Of a DNA stretch of 64,000 nucleotides, positions 24,701-39,700 are shown in pieces. Position numbers and translations under genes: made by a program. Every line of letters begins with the position of its first letter. Within the stretch, counting starts at the first letter, position 1. The DNA is from Candidatus Oxydemutator sp. (GTDB lineage Bacteria > Pseudomonadota > Gammaproteobacteria > Poriferisulfidales > Oxydemutatoraceae): positions 832,001-896,000 of the forward strand of contig OZ241883.1 of the NCBI GenBank assembly GCA_965203445.1. Reading direction: 5' to 3'. The notes beneath the pieces were generated by a model. The model saw only the letters and a program-made list of their open reading frames with translations. It was not told where the DNA came from and did no database searches.

Positions 24701-27700
24701 GAACGTCGTGCTGCGCGCCCCGCCGTCGTGCAACGACACCTGACTGCCGCTGATCTGACGCCAGCCATACACCAGCACCTCGTCCTCCGGATCGCTGCCA
24801 ACCCCGTCCAGCGTCACCACGTCGCCCTCGTCCACCACCTGATCGGCGCCCGCGTCCGCCGTCGGCGCGTCGTTCTCGCCCGCGCGCACCGTCACCACCA
24901 CCGTCGCCGTCGTCGAACCCGCACCACGCGTGTCCGTTACACGCAGCGCAAACTCCAACTCCTCATCCGACACCAACTGCACCGGCGCCGTGAAACTCGC
25001 GGTTACCGACTGCGCGTTCGTCAGCGTGACGCGCACACCCCGGGTCTGACTCCAGACATACGCAAGCGCTTCTTTCTCCGGATCGCTGCTGGCGCCGCCG
25101 TCCAGTACCACCACCGCGCCCTCGGACACCACCTGCGCAATACCGGCGTCCGCCGTCGGCACGTCGTTCGCCCCCGCTCGCACCGTGATCATCACCGTGT
25201 TCGTCGCGTTCACCCCGCTCACGCTCCGACCCCGTATCCGAGAACGCGTCGAAGACTCGCCGCGCTCGTCCGTCGCCACCAGCAGAAACTCCAATACCTC
25301 GTCTTCCACCAGCTGCGACGGCGCCGTGAACGTCGCCACCGCCGACGACAGCGCGCTCGTCAGTGTGACCTTCCTGCCCACGGTCTGGCTCCAGCGATAC
25401 CTCAACGTCTCCCTCTCCAGATCGCTGCCGACGCCGCTCAAAACCACCACCGCGCTCTCCGATACGACCTGATCCTCCCCGACCCGCACCGTCGGCGCAT
25501 CGTTCTCGCCCGGCACCACCTCGACCGACACCGTGGCCGTGCCCACCGCGTCGCGCGCGTCCGTTACCGTCAACTCGAACACCAGCGTCGCCGTCTCCGC
25601 CAACTGCACCGGCGCCGTGAACGTCGCGGTTACCGACATCGCGTTCGTCAGCGTGACTCCCCTGCCGCCAACCTGACGCCAGCCATACCTCAACTCCTCT
25701 CTCTCCGGATCCCTGCTGGCTACGCCGTCCAGCGTCACCATCTCGCCCTCGTCCACCACCTGATTGGCGCCCGCGTCCGCTACCGGCGCATCGTTCTCGC
25801 CCGGGCGCACCGTGATCACCACCGTGTTCGTCGTCTGATCACTCAACTGCCGCTCCACGGGCGACGACAACCCGCGCGTGTCCGTCGCCACCAGCACGAA
25901 CGTCAGGGTCTCGCTGCTCACCAACTGCACCGGCGCCTTGAACGTCGTGCTGCGCGCCCCGGCGTCGTGCAACGACACCTGACTGCCGCTGATCTGACGC
26001 CAGCCATACACCAGCATCTCGTCCTCCGGATCACTGCCCGCGCCGGCCAGCGTCACCACGTCGCCCTCGTCCACCACCTGATCGGCGCCCGCGTCTGCCA
26101 CCGGCGCATCGTTCGCGCCCGGGCGCACCGTGATCACTACCAAGTTCGTCGTCATGCCGGCAAACTGCGCCTCCACGGGCGACGACAAACCGCGCGTGTC
26201 CGACACTACCAGCACGAACGAAAGGGTCTCGCTGCTCACCAACTGCACCGGTGCCAGGAACGTCGTGCTGCGCGCCACGGCGTCGTGCAACGACACCTGA
26301 CTGCCGCTGATCTGACGCCAGCCATACACCAGCATCTCGTTCTCCGGATCCCTACCTACGCCGGCCAGCGTTACCACGTCGCCCTCGTCCACCACCTGAT
26401 CGGCGCCCGCGTCCGCCGTCGGCGCGTCGTTCGGCCCCGGCAACACCTCGACCGTCACCTCGTCCGACGAACTCGCATTGCGTACGTCCGTCACCGTAAG
26501 CCTGAACACCAGCGTCGCCGTCTCCGCCAACTGCACCGGCGCCGTGAAACTCGTGTTATCCGTCGTCGGCTCGCCCAACCCCACGTCGCGACCGCCGGTC
26601 TGTTCCCACCTATACGCCAAAACACCGCCCTCGGTGTCTCTCGCTCCGCCGCTCAATCGTACCGTTTCCCCTTCGCCAACCACTTGGTCAAGGCCCGCCT
26701 CCGCCACCGGCGGCGTGTTGGCTCCCAACTCCACCGTAATGAGCACGGTGGCGGTCGCCGCCAGATCGCGCGCGTCCGTCGCCCTCAACGCAAATCCCAG
26801 CACCGCCGCCTCCGCCAGACCCGACGGCGCCACGAAGCTCGCGTTGATAGACGTTGCGTCTCTCAACGTAACCAACGGTTGACCGCTGGTCTGGCTCCAT
26901 TGATACCTCAGACTCTCCAACTCCGGATCAAACGCGCTGCCACGCAGGGTTACCGTCTGGCCTTCGCTGACGAGCCGGTCGTCACCCGCACCCACCACCG
27001 GCGCGTCGTTCGGGCCGGCCTGCACCGTGATTACCACGACCACGGGGGCCGCATGACCGCTCCGATCATCGGACACATACAACGTGAACTCCAAATCCTC
27101 GTCATTGGCCAACTGCGTCGGCGCCGTGAACGTCGTACGCCTGCCTTCGCCAAAATTCTCCAGACTCACGTAGTAAGGCCTGATGAACGGACTGCTGCCG
27201 ATTCCGGTTTGACGCCAGCGATACCTCAGCGCATCGCCTTCCGGATCGCGCGCGCTGCCGATCAGAACCACCACGGCGCCCTCGGACACGATCTGAGCAG
27301 GCCCGGCGTCCGCCACCGGCGCGTCGTTCGGGCCGGCGCGCACCGTGATCTCCACCGTGTTCGGCGTGTCATCACCCGACTGCGCTTCCCTAGGCGACGA
27401 CAAACCGCGCGTATCCGTCACCACCAGCACGAACGCAAGGGTCTCGTCACTTCTCAACTGCACCGGCGCCGCGAACGTCGTCGTTACCGACAGCGCGTTC
27501 GTCAGCGTGACGCTCCTGCCGCCGATCTGACGCCAGCCATACACCAGCATCTCGTCCTCCGGATCGCTGCTGCCGACACCGTCCAGCGTTACCACGTCGC
27601 CCTCGGTCACGACCTGATCAAGCCCGGCGTCCGCCATCGGCGCGTCGTTCTCGCCCGCTCGCACCGTGATCACCACCGTGTTCGTCGTCTGATCGCTCAA

Positions 27701-30700
27701 CTGCCGCTCCGCAGGCGACGACAGACCCCGCGTGTCCGTCGCCACCAGCACGAACGTCAGGGTCTCGCTGCTCACCAACTGCACCGGTGCCAGGAACGTC
27801 GTGCTGCGCGCCCCGGCGTCGTGCAACGACACCTGACTGCCGCTGATCTGACGCCAGCCATACACCAGCATCTCGTTCTCCGGATCGCTGCCCGCGCCGG
27901 CCAGCGTTACCACGTCGCCTTCGTCCACCACCTGATCGGCGCCCGCGTCCGCCACCGGCGCGTCGTTCTCGCCCGGGCGCACCGTGATCACCACCGTGTT
28001 CGTCGTCTGATCGCTCAACTGCCTCTCCCTCGGCGACGACAGACCCCGCGTGTCCGTCGCCACCAGCACGAACGTCAGGGTCTCGCTGCTCACCAGCTGC
28101 ACCGGCGCCAGGAACGTCGTGCTGCGCGCTGCGGCGTCGTGCAACGACACCTGACTGCCGCTGATCTGACGCCAGCCATACACCAGCATCTCGTTCTCCG
28201 GATCCCTACCTACGCCGGCCAGCGTTACCATCTCGCCCTCGTCCACCACCTGATCATCGCCCGCGTCCGCCGTCGGCGCGTCGTTCTCGCCCGGCACCAC
28301 CTCGACCACCACCACGTCCGTGCCCGTCGCGTCGCGCGCGTCCGTTACCGTCAACTCGAACACCAGCGTCGCCGTCTCCGCCAACTGCATCGGCGCCGTG
28401 AACGTCGCGGTGGTCGCGGTGGTCATGGTGCCTATCGTCGCTCCCGTCAGCGCCACTTGACCGCCGCCGATCTGACGCCAGCCATACCGCAACTCCTCTC
28501 TCTCCGGATCGTTGCTGCCGTCGCCGTCCAGCGTTACCATCTCGCCCTCGTCCACCACCTGATCATCACCCGCGTCCGCCACCGGCGCGTCGTTCTCGCC
28601 GGCGCGCACCGTGATCACCACCGTCGCGATCGTCGAACCCGCACCCCGCGTGTCCGTTACCCGCAGCGCAAACTCCAATTCCTCATCCGACACCAACTGC
28701 ATCGGCGCCGTGAAACTCGCGGTTACCGACTGCGCGTTCGTCAGCGTAACGCGCACACCCCGGGCCTGACTCCAGCCATACTCCAGCACCTCCTCCTCCG
28801 GATCGCTGCTGCCTACGCCGTCCAGTATCACCACCGCGCCCTCGGACACCACCTGCGCAAGACCCGCGTCCGCCGTCGGCGCGTCGTTCTCGCCCGCGCG
28901 CACCGTCACCACCACCGTGTTCGTCGTGATCTCTCCGCCCACGCTCTGGTTCCGTATCCGCGACCGCGTCGAAGACTCGCCGCGCTCGTCCGTCGCCACC
29001 AACAGAAACTCCAATACCTCGTCGTCCACCAACTGCGACGGCGCCACAAACGTCGTGGTCAACGACTGCGCGTCCGTCAGCGTGACCTTCCTGCCCACGG
29101 TCTGGCTCCAGCTATACCGCAACGTCTCTTTCTCCGGATCGCTGCCGCTGCCGCTCAACACCACCACCGCGCTCTCCGACACGATCTGATCCTCCCCGAC
29201 CTGCACCGTCGGCGCGTCGTTCTCGCCGGCGCGCACCGCGACCGACACCGTGGCCGTGCCCGCTGCACCGCGTTCGTCCGTTACCGTCAACTCGAACACC
29301 AGCACCGCCGTCGTCGCCAGCTGCTCCGGCGCCGTGAACGTCGCGGTTACCGACTGCGCGTTCGTCAGCGTGACCTTCCTGCCCACGGTCTGGCTCCAGC
29401 GATACCTCAACATCTCTCTCTCCGGATCGCTGCCGGCGCCGCTCAAAACCACCACGGCATTCTCGTCCACCACCTGATCATCGCCCGCGTCCGCTTCCGG
29501 CGCGTCGTTCTCGCCCGGTCGCACCGTGATCACCACCGTGTTCGTCGTCTGATCGCTCAACTGCCGCTCCGCAGGCGACGACAACCCTCGCGTGTCCGTC
29601 GCCACCAGCACGAACGTCAGGGTCTCGCTGCTCGCCAACTGCACCGGCGCCAGGAACGTCGTGCTGCGCGCTGCGGCGTCGTGCAACGACACCTGACTGC
29701 CGCTGATCTGACGCCAGCCATACACCAGCATCTCGTCCTCCGGATCGCTGCCAACTCCGACCAACGTAACCACCTCGCCCTCGTCCACCACCTGGTCGGC
29801 GCCTGCGTCCGCTACCGGCGCGTCGTTCGGCCCCGGGCGCACCGCGACCGACACCGTGGCCGTGCCCGCCGCGTCGCGTTCGTCCGTTACCGTCAACTCG
29901 AACACCAGCACCGCCGTCGTCGCCAACTGCTCCGGCGCCGTGAACGTCGCGGTTACCGACTGCGCGTTCGTCAGCGTGACCTTCCTGCCCACGGTCTGGC
30001 TCCAGATATACCTCAACATCTCCTTCTCCGGATCGCTGCTGCCAGTGCCGTCCAGCGTTACCACGTCGCCCTCGTCCACCATCTGATCGGCGCCCGCGTC
30101 CGCCAACGGCGCGTCGTTCTCGCCCGCTCGCACCGTGATCACCACCGTGTCCGTGCCCGTCGCGTCGCGCGCGTCCGTCACCGTCAACTCGAACACCAGT
30201 GTCGCCGTCTCCGCCAACTGCATCGGCGCCGTGAACGTCGCGGTGGTCCTGGCGCCTATCATCGCTCCCGTCAGCGTAACTTGCCCGCTGCCGATCTGAC
30301 GCCAGCTATACCGCAATTCCTCTCTCTCCAGATCGCTGCTGCCGTCACCGTCCAGCGTTACCATCTCGCCCTCGTCCACCACCTGATCATCACCCGCGTC
30401 CGCCACCGGCGCGTCGTTCGCGCCCGGGGGCACCGTGACCACCACCAAGTTCGTCGTCATGCCAACAAACTGCGCTTCCACCGGCGACGACAAACCGCGC
30501 GTGTCCGACACCACCAGCACGAACGAAAGGGTCTCGCTACTCACCAACTGCGACGGCGCCACAAACGTCGTGCTGCGTGCTGCGGCGTCGTGCAACGACA
30601 CCTGACTGCCGCTGACCTGACGCCAGCCATACGTCAGATCCTCATTCTCCGGATCCCTGCTGCCAACCCCGTCCAGCGTTACCACCTCGCCCTCGTCCAC

Positions 30701-33700
30701 CACCTGATCGGCGCCCGCGTCCGCCACCGGCGCGTCGTTCTCGCCCGGTCGCACCGTGATCACCACCGTGTTCGTCGTCCGATCGCTCAACTGCCGTTCC
30801 ACGGGCGACGACAGACCCCGCGTGTCCGTCGCCACCAGCACGAACGTCAGGGTCTCGCTGCTCACCAACTGCGACGGCGCCACAAACGTCGTGCTGCGCG
30901 CTGCGGCGTCGTGCAACGACACCTGACTTCCGCTGACCTGACGCCAGCCATACACCAGCATCTCGTTCTCCGGATCCCTGCCTACGCCGGCAAGCATTAC
31001 CACCTCGCCCTCGTCCACCACCTGATCGGCGCCCGCGTCCGCCACCGGCGCGTCGTTCTCGCCCGAACGCACCGTGATCTCCACCGTGTTCGGCGTCCGC
31101 TCACCAAACCGCGCTTCCGCAGGCGACGACAACCCCCGCGTGTCCGTCGCCACCAGCACGAACGAAAGGGTCTCGCTACTCACCAACTGCGACGGCGCCA
31201 CAAACGTCGTGCTGCGCGCTCCGGCGTCGTGCAACGACACCTGACTTCCGCTGACCTGACGCCAGCCATACACCAACATCTCGTCCTCCGGATCCCTGCC
31301 TACGCCGGCCAGCGTCACCACCTCGCCCTCGTCCACCACCTGATCGGCGCCCGCGTCCACCGTCGGCGCGTCGTTCTCGCCGGCGCGCACCGTGATCACC
31401 ACCGTCGCGATCGTCGAACCCGCACCCCGCGTGTCCGTTACCCGCAGCGCAAACTCCAATTCCTCGTCCGACACCAACTGCATCGGCGCCGTGAAACTCG
31501 CGGTTACCGACTGCGCGTTCGTCAGCGTAACGCGCACACCCCGGGCCTGACTCCAGCCATACTCCAGCACCTCCTCCTCCGGATCGCTGCTGCCTACGCC
31601 GTCCAGTATCACCACCGCGCCCTCGGACACCACCTGCGCAAGACCCGCGTCCGCCGTCGGCGCGTCGTTCTCGCCCGCGCGCACCGTCACCACCACCGTG
31701 TTCGTCGTGATCTCTCCGCCCACGCTCTGGTTCCGTATCCGCGACCGCGTCGAAGACTCGCCGCGCTCGTCCGTCGCCACCAACAGAAACTCCAATACCT
31801 CGTCGTCCACCAACTGCGACGGCGCCACAAACGTCGTGGTCAACGACTGCGCGTCCGTCAGCGTGACCTTCCTGCCCACGGTCTGGCTCCAGCTATACCG
31901 CAACGTCTCTTTCTCCGGATCGCTGCCGCTGCCGCTCAACACCACCACCGCGCTCTCCGACACGATCTGATCCTCCCCGACCTGCACCGTCGGCGCGTCG
32001 TTCTCGCCGGCGCGCACCGCGACCGACACCGTGGCCGTGCCCGCCGCACCGCGTTCGTCCGTTACCGTCAACTCGAACACCAGCACCGCCGTCGTCGCCA
32101 ACTGCTCCGGCGCCGTGAACGTCGCGGTTACCGACTGCGCGTTCGTCAGCGTGACCCTCCTGCCGCCGACCTGACGCCAGTCATACACCAGCATCTCCTC
32201 TTCCGCGTCCCTGCCGGCGCCGCTCAAAACCACTATGGCATTCTCGTCCACCACCTGATCATCGCCCGCGTCCGCCACCGGCGCGTCGTTCTCGCCCGGG
32301 CGCACCGTGATCACCACCGTGTTCGTCGTCTGATCGCTCAACTGCCGTTCTCTCGGCGACGACAGACCCCGCGTGTCCGTCGCCACCAGCACGAACGTCA
32401 GGGTCTCGCTGCTCACCAACTGCACCGGCGCCAGGAACGTCGTGCTGCGCGCTGCGGCGTCGTGCAACGACACCTGACTGCCGCTGATCTGACGCCAGCC
32501 ATACACCAGCATCTCGTCCTCCGGATCCCTACCTACGCCGGCCAGCGTTACCACCTCGCCCTCGTCCACCACCTGATCGGCGCCCGCGTCCGCCGTCGGC
32601 GCGTCGTTCTCGCCCGCTTGCACCGTGATCACCACCGTCGCCGTCGTCGAACCCGCACCACGCGTGTCCGTTACACGCAGCGCAAACTCCAACTCCTCAT
32701 CCGACACCAACTGCATCGGCGCCGTGAAACTCGCGGTTACCAACGTCGCGTTCCTCAACGTAACGCGCACCCCCCGGGTCTGACTCCAGCCATACGCAAG
32801 CGCTTCTTTCTCCGGATCGCCACTGGCGCCGCCGTCCAGTATCACCACCGCGCCCTCGGACACCACCTGGGCAAGACCGGCGTCCGCCGTCGGCGCGTCG
32901 TTCTCGCCCGGTCGCACCGTGATCACTACCGTGTTCGTCGTCTGACCGCTCAACTGCCGTTCCGCAGGCGACGACAAACCCCGCGTGTCCGTCGCCACCA
33001 GCACGAACGTCAGGGTCTCGCTGCTCGCCAACTGCACCGGCGCCACAAACGTCGTGCTGCGCGCCCCGGCGTCGTGCAACGACACCTGACTGCCGCTGAT
33101 CTGACGCCAGCCATACACCAGCATCTCGTTCTCCGGATCGCTGCCATCGCCGGCCAGCGTTACCAACTGGCCCTCGTCCACCACTTGGTCGGCGCCCGCG
33201 TCCGCCGTCGGCGCGTCGTTCTCGCCCGGCAACACCTCGACCGACACCTCGGCAGACGAACTCGCATCGCGCCTGTCCGTCACCATCAGACGGAACACCA
33301 GCGTCGCCGTCTCCGCCAACTGCACCGGCGCCGTGAACGTCGCCACCGACGACGTCGGATTGCCCAAAACCACGTCGCCACCACCGATCTGTTCCCATCT
33401 GTACGACAATACGCCACCCTCGGCGTCCGTCGCACTGCCGCGCAGCGTGACCTCCGCCCCTTCGTCCACCACTTGATCGGAACCGGCATCCACCACCGGC
33501 GGCGTGTTCGTCTCCAACTCCACCCGAACCACCACCAGCGCGGTCGTCGCCAGACCGCGCTCGTCCGTCGCCCTCAACGCAAATATCAGCACCGTCGCCT
33601 CCGCCAGACCCGACGGCGACGTGAACGTCGCCACCGACGACGTCGCACCCGACAACATCACCGTCGGCTGACCGCTGGTCTGACTCCACTGATACCTCAA

Positions 33701-36700
33701 CGTCTCGTTCTCCGGATCAAACGCCACCCCGCGCAGCACCACTTCCTCGCCCTCGCCCACTATCCGGCTCCGCCTCGCGCTCACCACCGGCGCGTCGTTC
33801 GGCCCCGGCAACACCTCGACCGACACCTCGGCCGACGAACTCGCATTGCGCCCGTCCGTCACCGTCAACCGGAACACCAGCGTCGCCGTCTCCGCCAACT
33901 GCATCGGCGCCGTGAACGTCGCGGTTACCGACTGCGCGTTCGTCAGCGTGACTCCCCTGCCGCTGACCTGGCGCCAGTCATACCTCAACTCTTCTCTCTC
34001 CAGATCGCTGCTGCCAGTGCCGTCCAGCGTTACCATCTCGCCCTCGTCCACCACCTGATCATCACCCGCGTCCGCCACCGGCGCGTCGTTCTCGCCCGCG
34101 CGCACCGTGATCACCACCGTGTCCGTGCCCGTCGCGTCGCGCGCGTCCGTTACCGTCAACTCGAACACCAGCGTCGCCGTCGCCGCCAACTGCACCGGCG
34201 CCGTGAACATCGCGGTGGTCGCGGTGGTCGTGGCGCCTACCGTCGCTCCCGTCAGCGCAACTCGACCGCCGCCGATCTGACGCCAGCCATACCGCAACTC
34301 CTCTCTCTCCAGGTCGCTGCTGCCATCGCCGTCCAGCGTTACCATCTCGCCCTCGTCCACCACCTGATCATCGCCCGCGTCCGCCAACGGCGCGTCGTTC
34401 TCGCCCGCGCGCACCGTGATCACCACCGTGTTCGTCGTCTGACCGCTCAACTGCCGTTCCACGGGCGACGACAACCCGCGCGTGTCCGTCACCACCAGCA
34501 CGAACGTCAGGGTCTCGTTGCTCACCAACTGCTCCGGCGCCACAAACGTCGTGCTGCGCGCCCCGGCGTCGTGCAACGACACCTGACTGCCGCTGATCTG
34601 ACGCCAGCCATACACCAGCATCTCGTTCTCCGGATCCCTGCCAACCCCGTCCAGCGTTACCACGTCGCCCTCGTCCACCATCTGGTCGGCGCCCGCGTCC
34701 GCCGTCGGCGCGTCGTTCTCGCCCGCGCGCACCGTGACCGACACCGTGGCCGTGCCCGACGCACCGCGCGCGTCCGTTACCGTCAACTCGAACACCAGCA
34801 CCGCCGTCGTCGCCAGCTGCTCCGGCGCCGTGAACGTCGCGGTTACCGACTGCGCGTTCGTCAGCGTGACCTTCCTGCCCACGGTCTGGCTCCAGCTATA
34901 CCTCAACATCTCTCTCTCCGGATCGCTGCCGGCGCCGCTCAAAACCACCACGGCATTCTCGTCCACCACCTGATCATCGCCCGCGTCCGCCGTCGGCGCG
35001 TCGTTCTCGCCCGGAACCACCTCGACCACCACCGTGTCCGTGCCCGTCGCGTCGCGCGCGTCCGTTACCGTCAACTCGAACACCAGCGTCGCCGTCTCCG
35101 CCAACTGCACCAGCGCCGTGAACGTCGCGGTTACCGACTGCGCGTTCGTCAGCGTGACTCCCCTGCCGCCGACCTGACGCCAGCCATACGTCAAATCCTC
35201 TCTCTCCAGGTCGCTGCTGCCATCGCCGTCCAGCGTTACCATCTCGCCTTCGTCCACCACCTGATCATCGCCCGCGTCCGCCGTCGGCGCATCGTTCGCG
35301 CCCGGGCGCACCGTGATCACCACCGTGTTCGTCGTCTGACCGCTCAACTGCCGCTCCGCAGGCGACGACAGTCCCCGCGTGTCCGTCGCCACCAGCACGA
35401 ACGTCAGGGTCTCGCTGCTCGCCAACTGCACCGGCGCCAGGAACGTCGTGCTGCGCGCTGCGACGTCGTGCAACGACACCTGACTTCCGCTGATCTGACG
35501 CCAGCCATACACCAGCATCTCGTTCTCCGGATCGCTGCCCGCGCCGGCCAGCGTTACCACGTCGCCTTCGTCCACCACCTGATCGGCGCCCGCGTCCGCC
35601 GTCGGCGCGTCGTTCGGCCCCGGCAACACCTCGACCGACACCTCGGCCGACGAACTCGCATTGCGCCCGTCCGTCACCGTCAGACGGAACACCAGCGTCG
35701 CCGTCTCCGCCAACTGCATCGGCGCCGTGAACGTCGCGGTTACCGACTGCGCGTTCGTCAGCGTGACTCCCCTGCCGCTGACCTGACGCCAGTCATATCC
35801 CAACTCCTCTCTCTCCGGATCGCTGCTGCCGGTGCCGTCCAGCGTTACCACCTCGCCCTCGCCCACCACCTGATCGGCGCCCGCGTCCGCCGTCGGCGCG
35901 TCGTTCTCGCCCGGCACCACCTCGACCACCACCGTGTCCGTGCCCACCGCGTCGCGCGCGTCCGTTACCGTCAACTCGAACACCAGCGTCGCCGTCTCCG
36001 CCAACTGCATCGGCGCCGTGAACGTCGCGGTGGTCCTGGAACCTATCGTCGCTCCCGTCAGCGTTACTCGACCGCCGCCGATCTGACGCCAGCCATACCG
36101 CAACTCCTCTCTCTCCGGATCCCTGCTGCCGTCCCCGTCCAGCGTTACCATCTCGCCCTCGTCCACCACCTGATCATCGCCCGCGTCCGCCAACGGCGCG
36201 TCGTTCTCGCCCGCGCGCACCGTGATCACCACCGTGTTCGTCGTCTGACCGCTCAACTGCCGCTCCCTCGGCGACGACAGTCCCCGCGTGTCCGTCGCCA
36301 CCAGCACGAACGTCAGGGTCTCGTCGCTCACCAACTGCTCCGGCGCCACAAACGTCGTGCTGCGCGCTGCGGCGTCGTGCAACGACACCATGCTGCCGCT
36401 GATCTGACGCCAGCCATACACCAGCATCTCGTTCTCCGGATCGCTGCCAACCCCGTCCAGCGTTACCACGTCGCCCTCGTCCACCATCTGGTCGGCGCCC
36501 GCGTCCGCCACCGGCGCATCGTTCGCGCCCGGGCGCACCGTGATCACCACCGTGTTCGTCGTATCATCGCTCAACTGCCGTCCCACGGGCGACGATAGAC
36601 CGCGCGTGTCCGTCGCCACCAGCACGAACGTCAAGGTCTCGCTGCTCACCAACTGCACCGGCGCCACAAACGTCGTGCTGCGCGCTGCGGCGTCGTGCAA

Positions 36701-39700
36701 CGACACCTGACTGCCGCTGATCTGACGCCAGCCATACACCAGCATCTCGTTCTCCGGATCCCTGCCTACGCCGTCCAGCGTCACCACGTCGCCCTCGTCC
36801 ACCACCTGGTCGGCGCCCGCGTCCGCCACCGGTGCGTCGTTCTCGCCCGGCAACACCTCGACCGACACCTCGGCAGACGAACTCGCATCGCGCCCGTCCG
36901 TCACCGTCAGACGGAACACCAGCGTCGCCGTCTCCGCCAACTGCATCGGCGCCGTGAACGTCGCCACCGCCACCATCGGATTCCCCAAACCCACGTCGCC
37001 ACCACCGATCTGTTCCCATCTGTACGACAATACGCCGCCCTCGGTGTCCGTCGCACTGCCGCGCAGCGTGACCTCCGCCCCTTCGTCCACCACTTGATCG
37101 GAACCGGCATCCACCACCGGCGGCGTGTTCGTCCCCAACTCCACCCGAACCACCACCCGCGCGGTCGTCGCCAGACCGCGCTCGTCCGTCGCTCTCAACG
37201 CAAATCCCAGCACCGCCGCCTCCGCCAGACCCGACGGCGACGTGAACGTCGCCACCGACGACGTCGCACCGGACAACACCACCGTCGGCTGACCGCTGGT
37301 CTGGCTCCATTGATACCTCAACATCTCGTTCTCCGGATCAAACGCCACCCCGCGCAGCACCACTTCCTCGCCCTCGCCCACTATCTGCTCCCGCCCCGCG
37401 CTCACCACCGGCGCGTCGTTCGGCCCCGGCAACACCTCGACCGACACCTCGGCCGACGAACTCGCATTGCGCCCGTCCGTCACCGTCAGACGGAACACCA
37501 GCGTCGCCGTCTCCGCCAACTGCATCGGCGCCGTGAACGTCGCGGTTACCGACTGCGCGTTCGTCAGCGTGACTCCCCTGCCGCTGACCTGACGCCAGTC
37601 ATATCCCAACTCCTCTCTCTCCGGATCCCTGCTGCCGGTGCCGTCCAGCGTTACCATCTCGCCCTCGCCCACCACCTGATCGGCGCCCGCGTCCGCCGTC
37701 GGCGCGTCGTTCTCGCCCGGCACCACCTCGACCACCACCGTGTCCGTGCCCACCGCGTCGCGCGCGTCCGTTACCGTCAACTCGAACACCAGCGTCGCCG
37801 TCTCCGCCAACTGCATCGGCGCCGTGAACGTCACGGTGGTCCTGGAACCTATCGTCGCTCCCGTCAGCGTTACTCGACCGCCGCCGATCTGACGCCAGCC
37901 ATACCGCAACTCCTCTCTCTCCGGATCCCTGCTGCCGTCCCCGTCCAGCGTTACCATCTCGCCCTCGTCCACCACCTGATCATCGCCCGCGTCCGCTATC
38001 GGCGCGTCGTTCGCGCCCGCGCGCACCGTGATCACCACCGTGTTCGTCGTCTGACCGCTCAACTGCCGTTCCACGGGCGACGACAGTCCCCGCGTGTCCG
38101 TCGCCACCAGCACGAACGTCAGGGTCTCGTCGCTCACCAACTGCTCCGGCGCCACAAACGTCGTGCTGCGCGCCCCGGCATCGTGCAACGACACCTGACT
38201 GCCGCTGATCTGACGCCAGCCATACACCAGCATCTCGTTCTCCGGATCGCTGCCATCGCCGGCCAGCGTTACCACGTCGCCCTCGTCCACCATCTGGTCG
38301 GCGCCCGCGTCCGCCGTCGGCGCGTCGTTCTCGCCCGGGCGCACCGTGATCACTACCGTGTTCGTCGTCTGACCGCTCAACTGCCGTTCCGCAGGCGACG
38401 ACAGACCGCGCGTGTCCGTCGCCACCAGCACGAACGTCAGGGTCTCGCTGCTCGCCAACTGCACTGGCGCCACAAACGTCGTGCGACGCGCCCCGGCGTC
38501 GTGCAACGACACCTGACTTCCGCTGATCTGACGCCAGCCATACACCAGCATCTCGTTCTCCGGATCCCTGCCTACGCCGTCCAGCGTCACCACGTCGCCC
38601 TCGTCCACTACCTGGTCGGCGCCCGCGTCCGCTACCGGCGCGTCGTTCTCGCCCGGCAACACCTCGACCGACACCTCGGCAGACGAACTCGCATCGCGCC
38701 TGTCCGTCACCGTCAGACGGAACACCAGCGTCGCCGTCTCCGCCAACTGCTCCGGCGCCGTGAACGTCGCCACCGACGACGTCGGACTGCCCAAAACCAC
38801 GTCGCCACCACCGATCTGTTCCCATCTGTACGACAATACGCCGCCCTCGGCGTCCGTCGCACTGCCGCGCAACGTGACCTCCGCCCCTTCGTCCACCACT
38901 TGATCGGAACCGGCATCCACCACCGGCGGCGTGTTCGTCCCCAACTCCACCCGAACCGCCACCCGCGCGGTCGTCGCCAGACCGCGCTCGTCCGTCGCTC
39001 TCAACGCAAACATCAGCACCGCCGCCTCCGCCAGACCCGACGGCGACGTGAACGTCGCCACCGACGACGTCGCACCCGACAACACCACCGTCGGCTGACC
39101 GCTGGTCTGACTCCACTGATACCTCAACATCTCGTTCTCCGGATCGAACGCCACCCCGCGCAGCACCACTTCCTCGCCTTCGCCCACTATCTGGTTCCGC
39201 CCCGCGCTCACCACCGGCGCGTCGTTCGGCCCTGGCAACACCTCGACCAACACCTCGGCCGATGAACTCGCATTGCGCCCGTCCGTCACCGTCAACCGGA
39301 ACACCAGCGTCGCCGTCTCCGCCAACTGCATCGGCGCCGTGAACGTCGCGGTTACCGACTGCGCGTTCGTCAGCGTGACTCCCCTGCCGCTGACCTGACG
39401 CCAGTCATATCCCAACTCCTCTCTCTCCGGATCGCTGCTGCCGGTGCCGTCCAGCGTTACCACCTCGCCCTCGCCCACCACCTGATCGGCGCCCGCGTCC
39501 GCCGTCGGCGCGTCGTTCTCGCCCGGCACCACCTCGACCACCACCGTGTCCGTGCCCACCGCGTCGCGCGCGTCCGTTACCGTCAACTCGAACACCAGCG
39601 TCGCCGTCTCCGCCAACTGCATCGGCGCCGTGAACGTCGCGGTGGTCCTGGAACCTATCGTCGCTCCCGTCAGCGTTACTCGACCGCCGCCGATCTGACG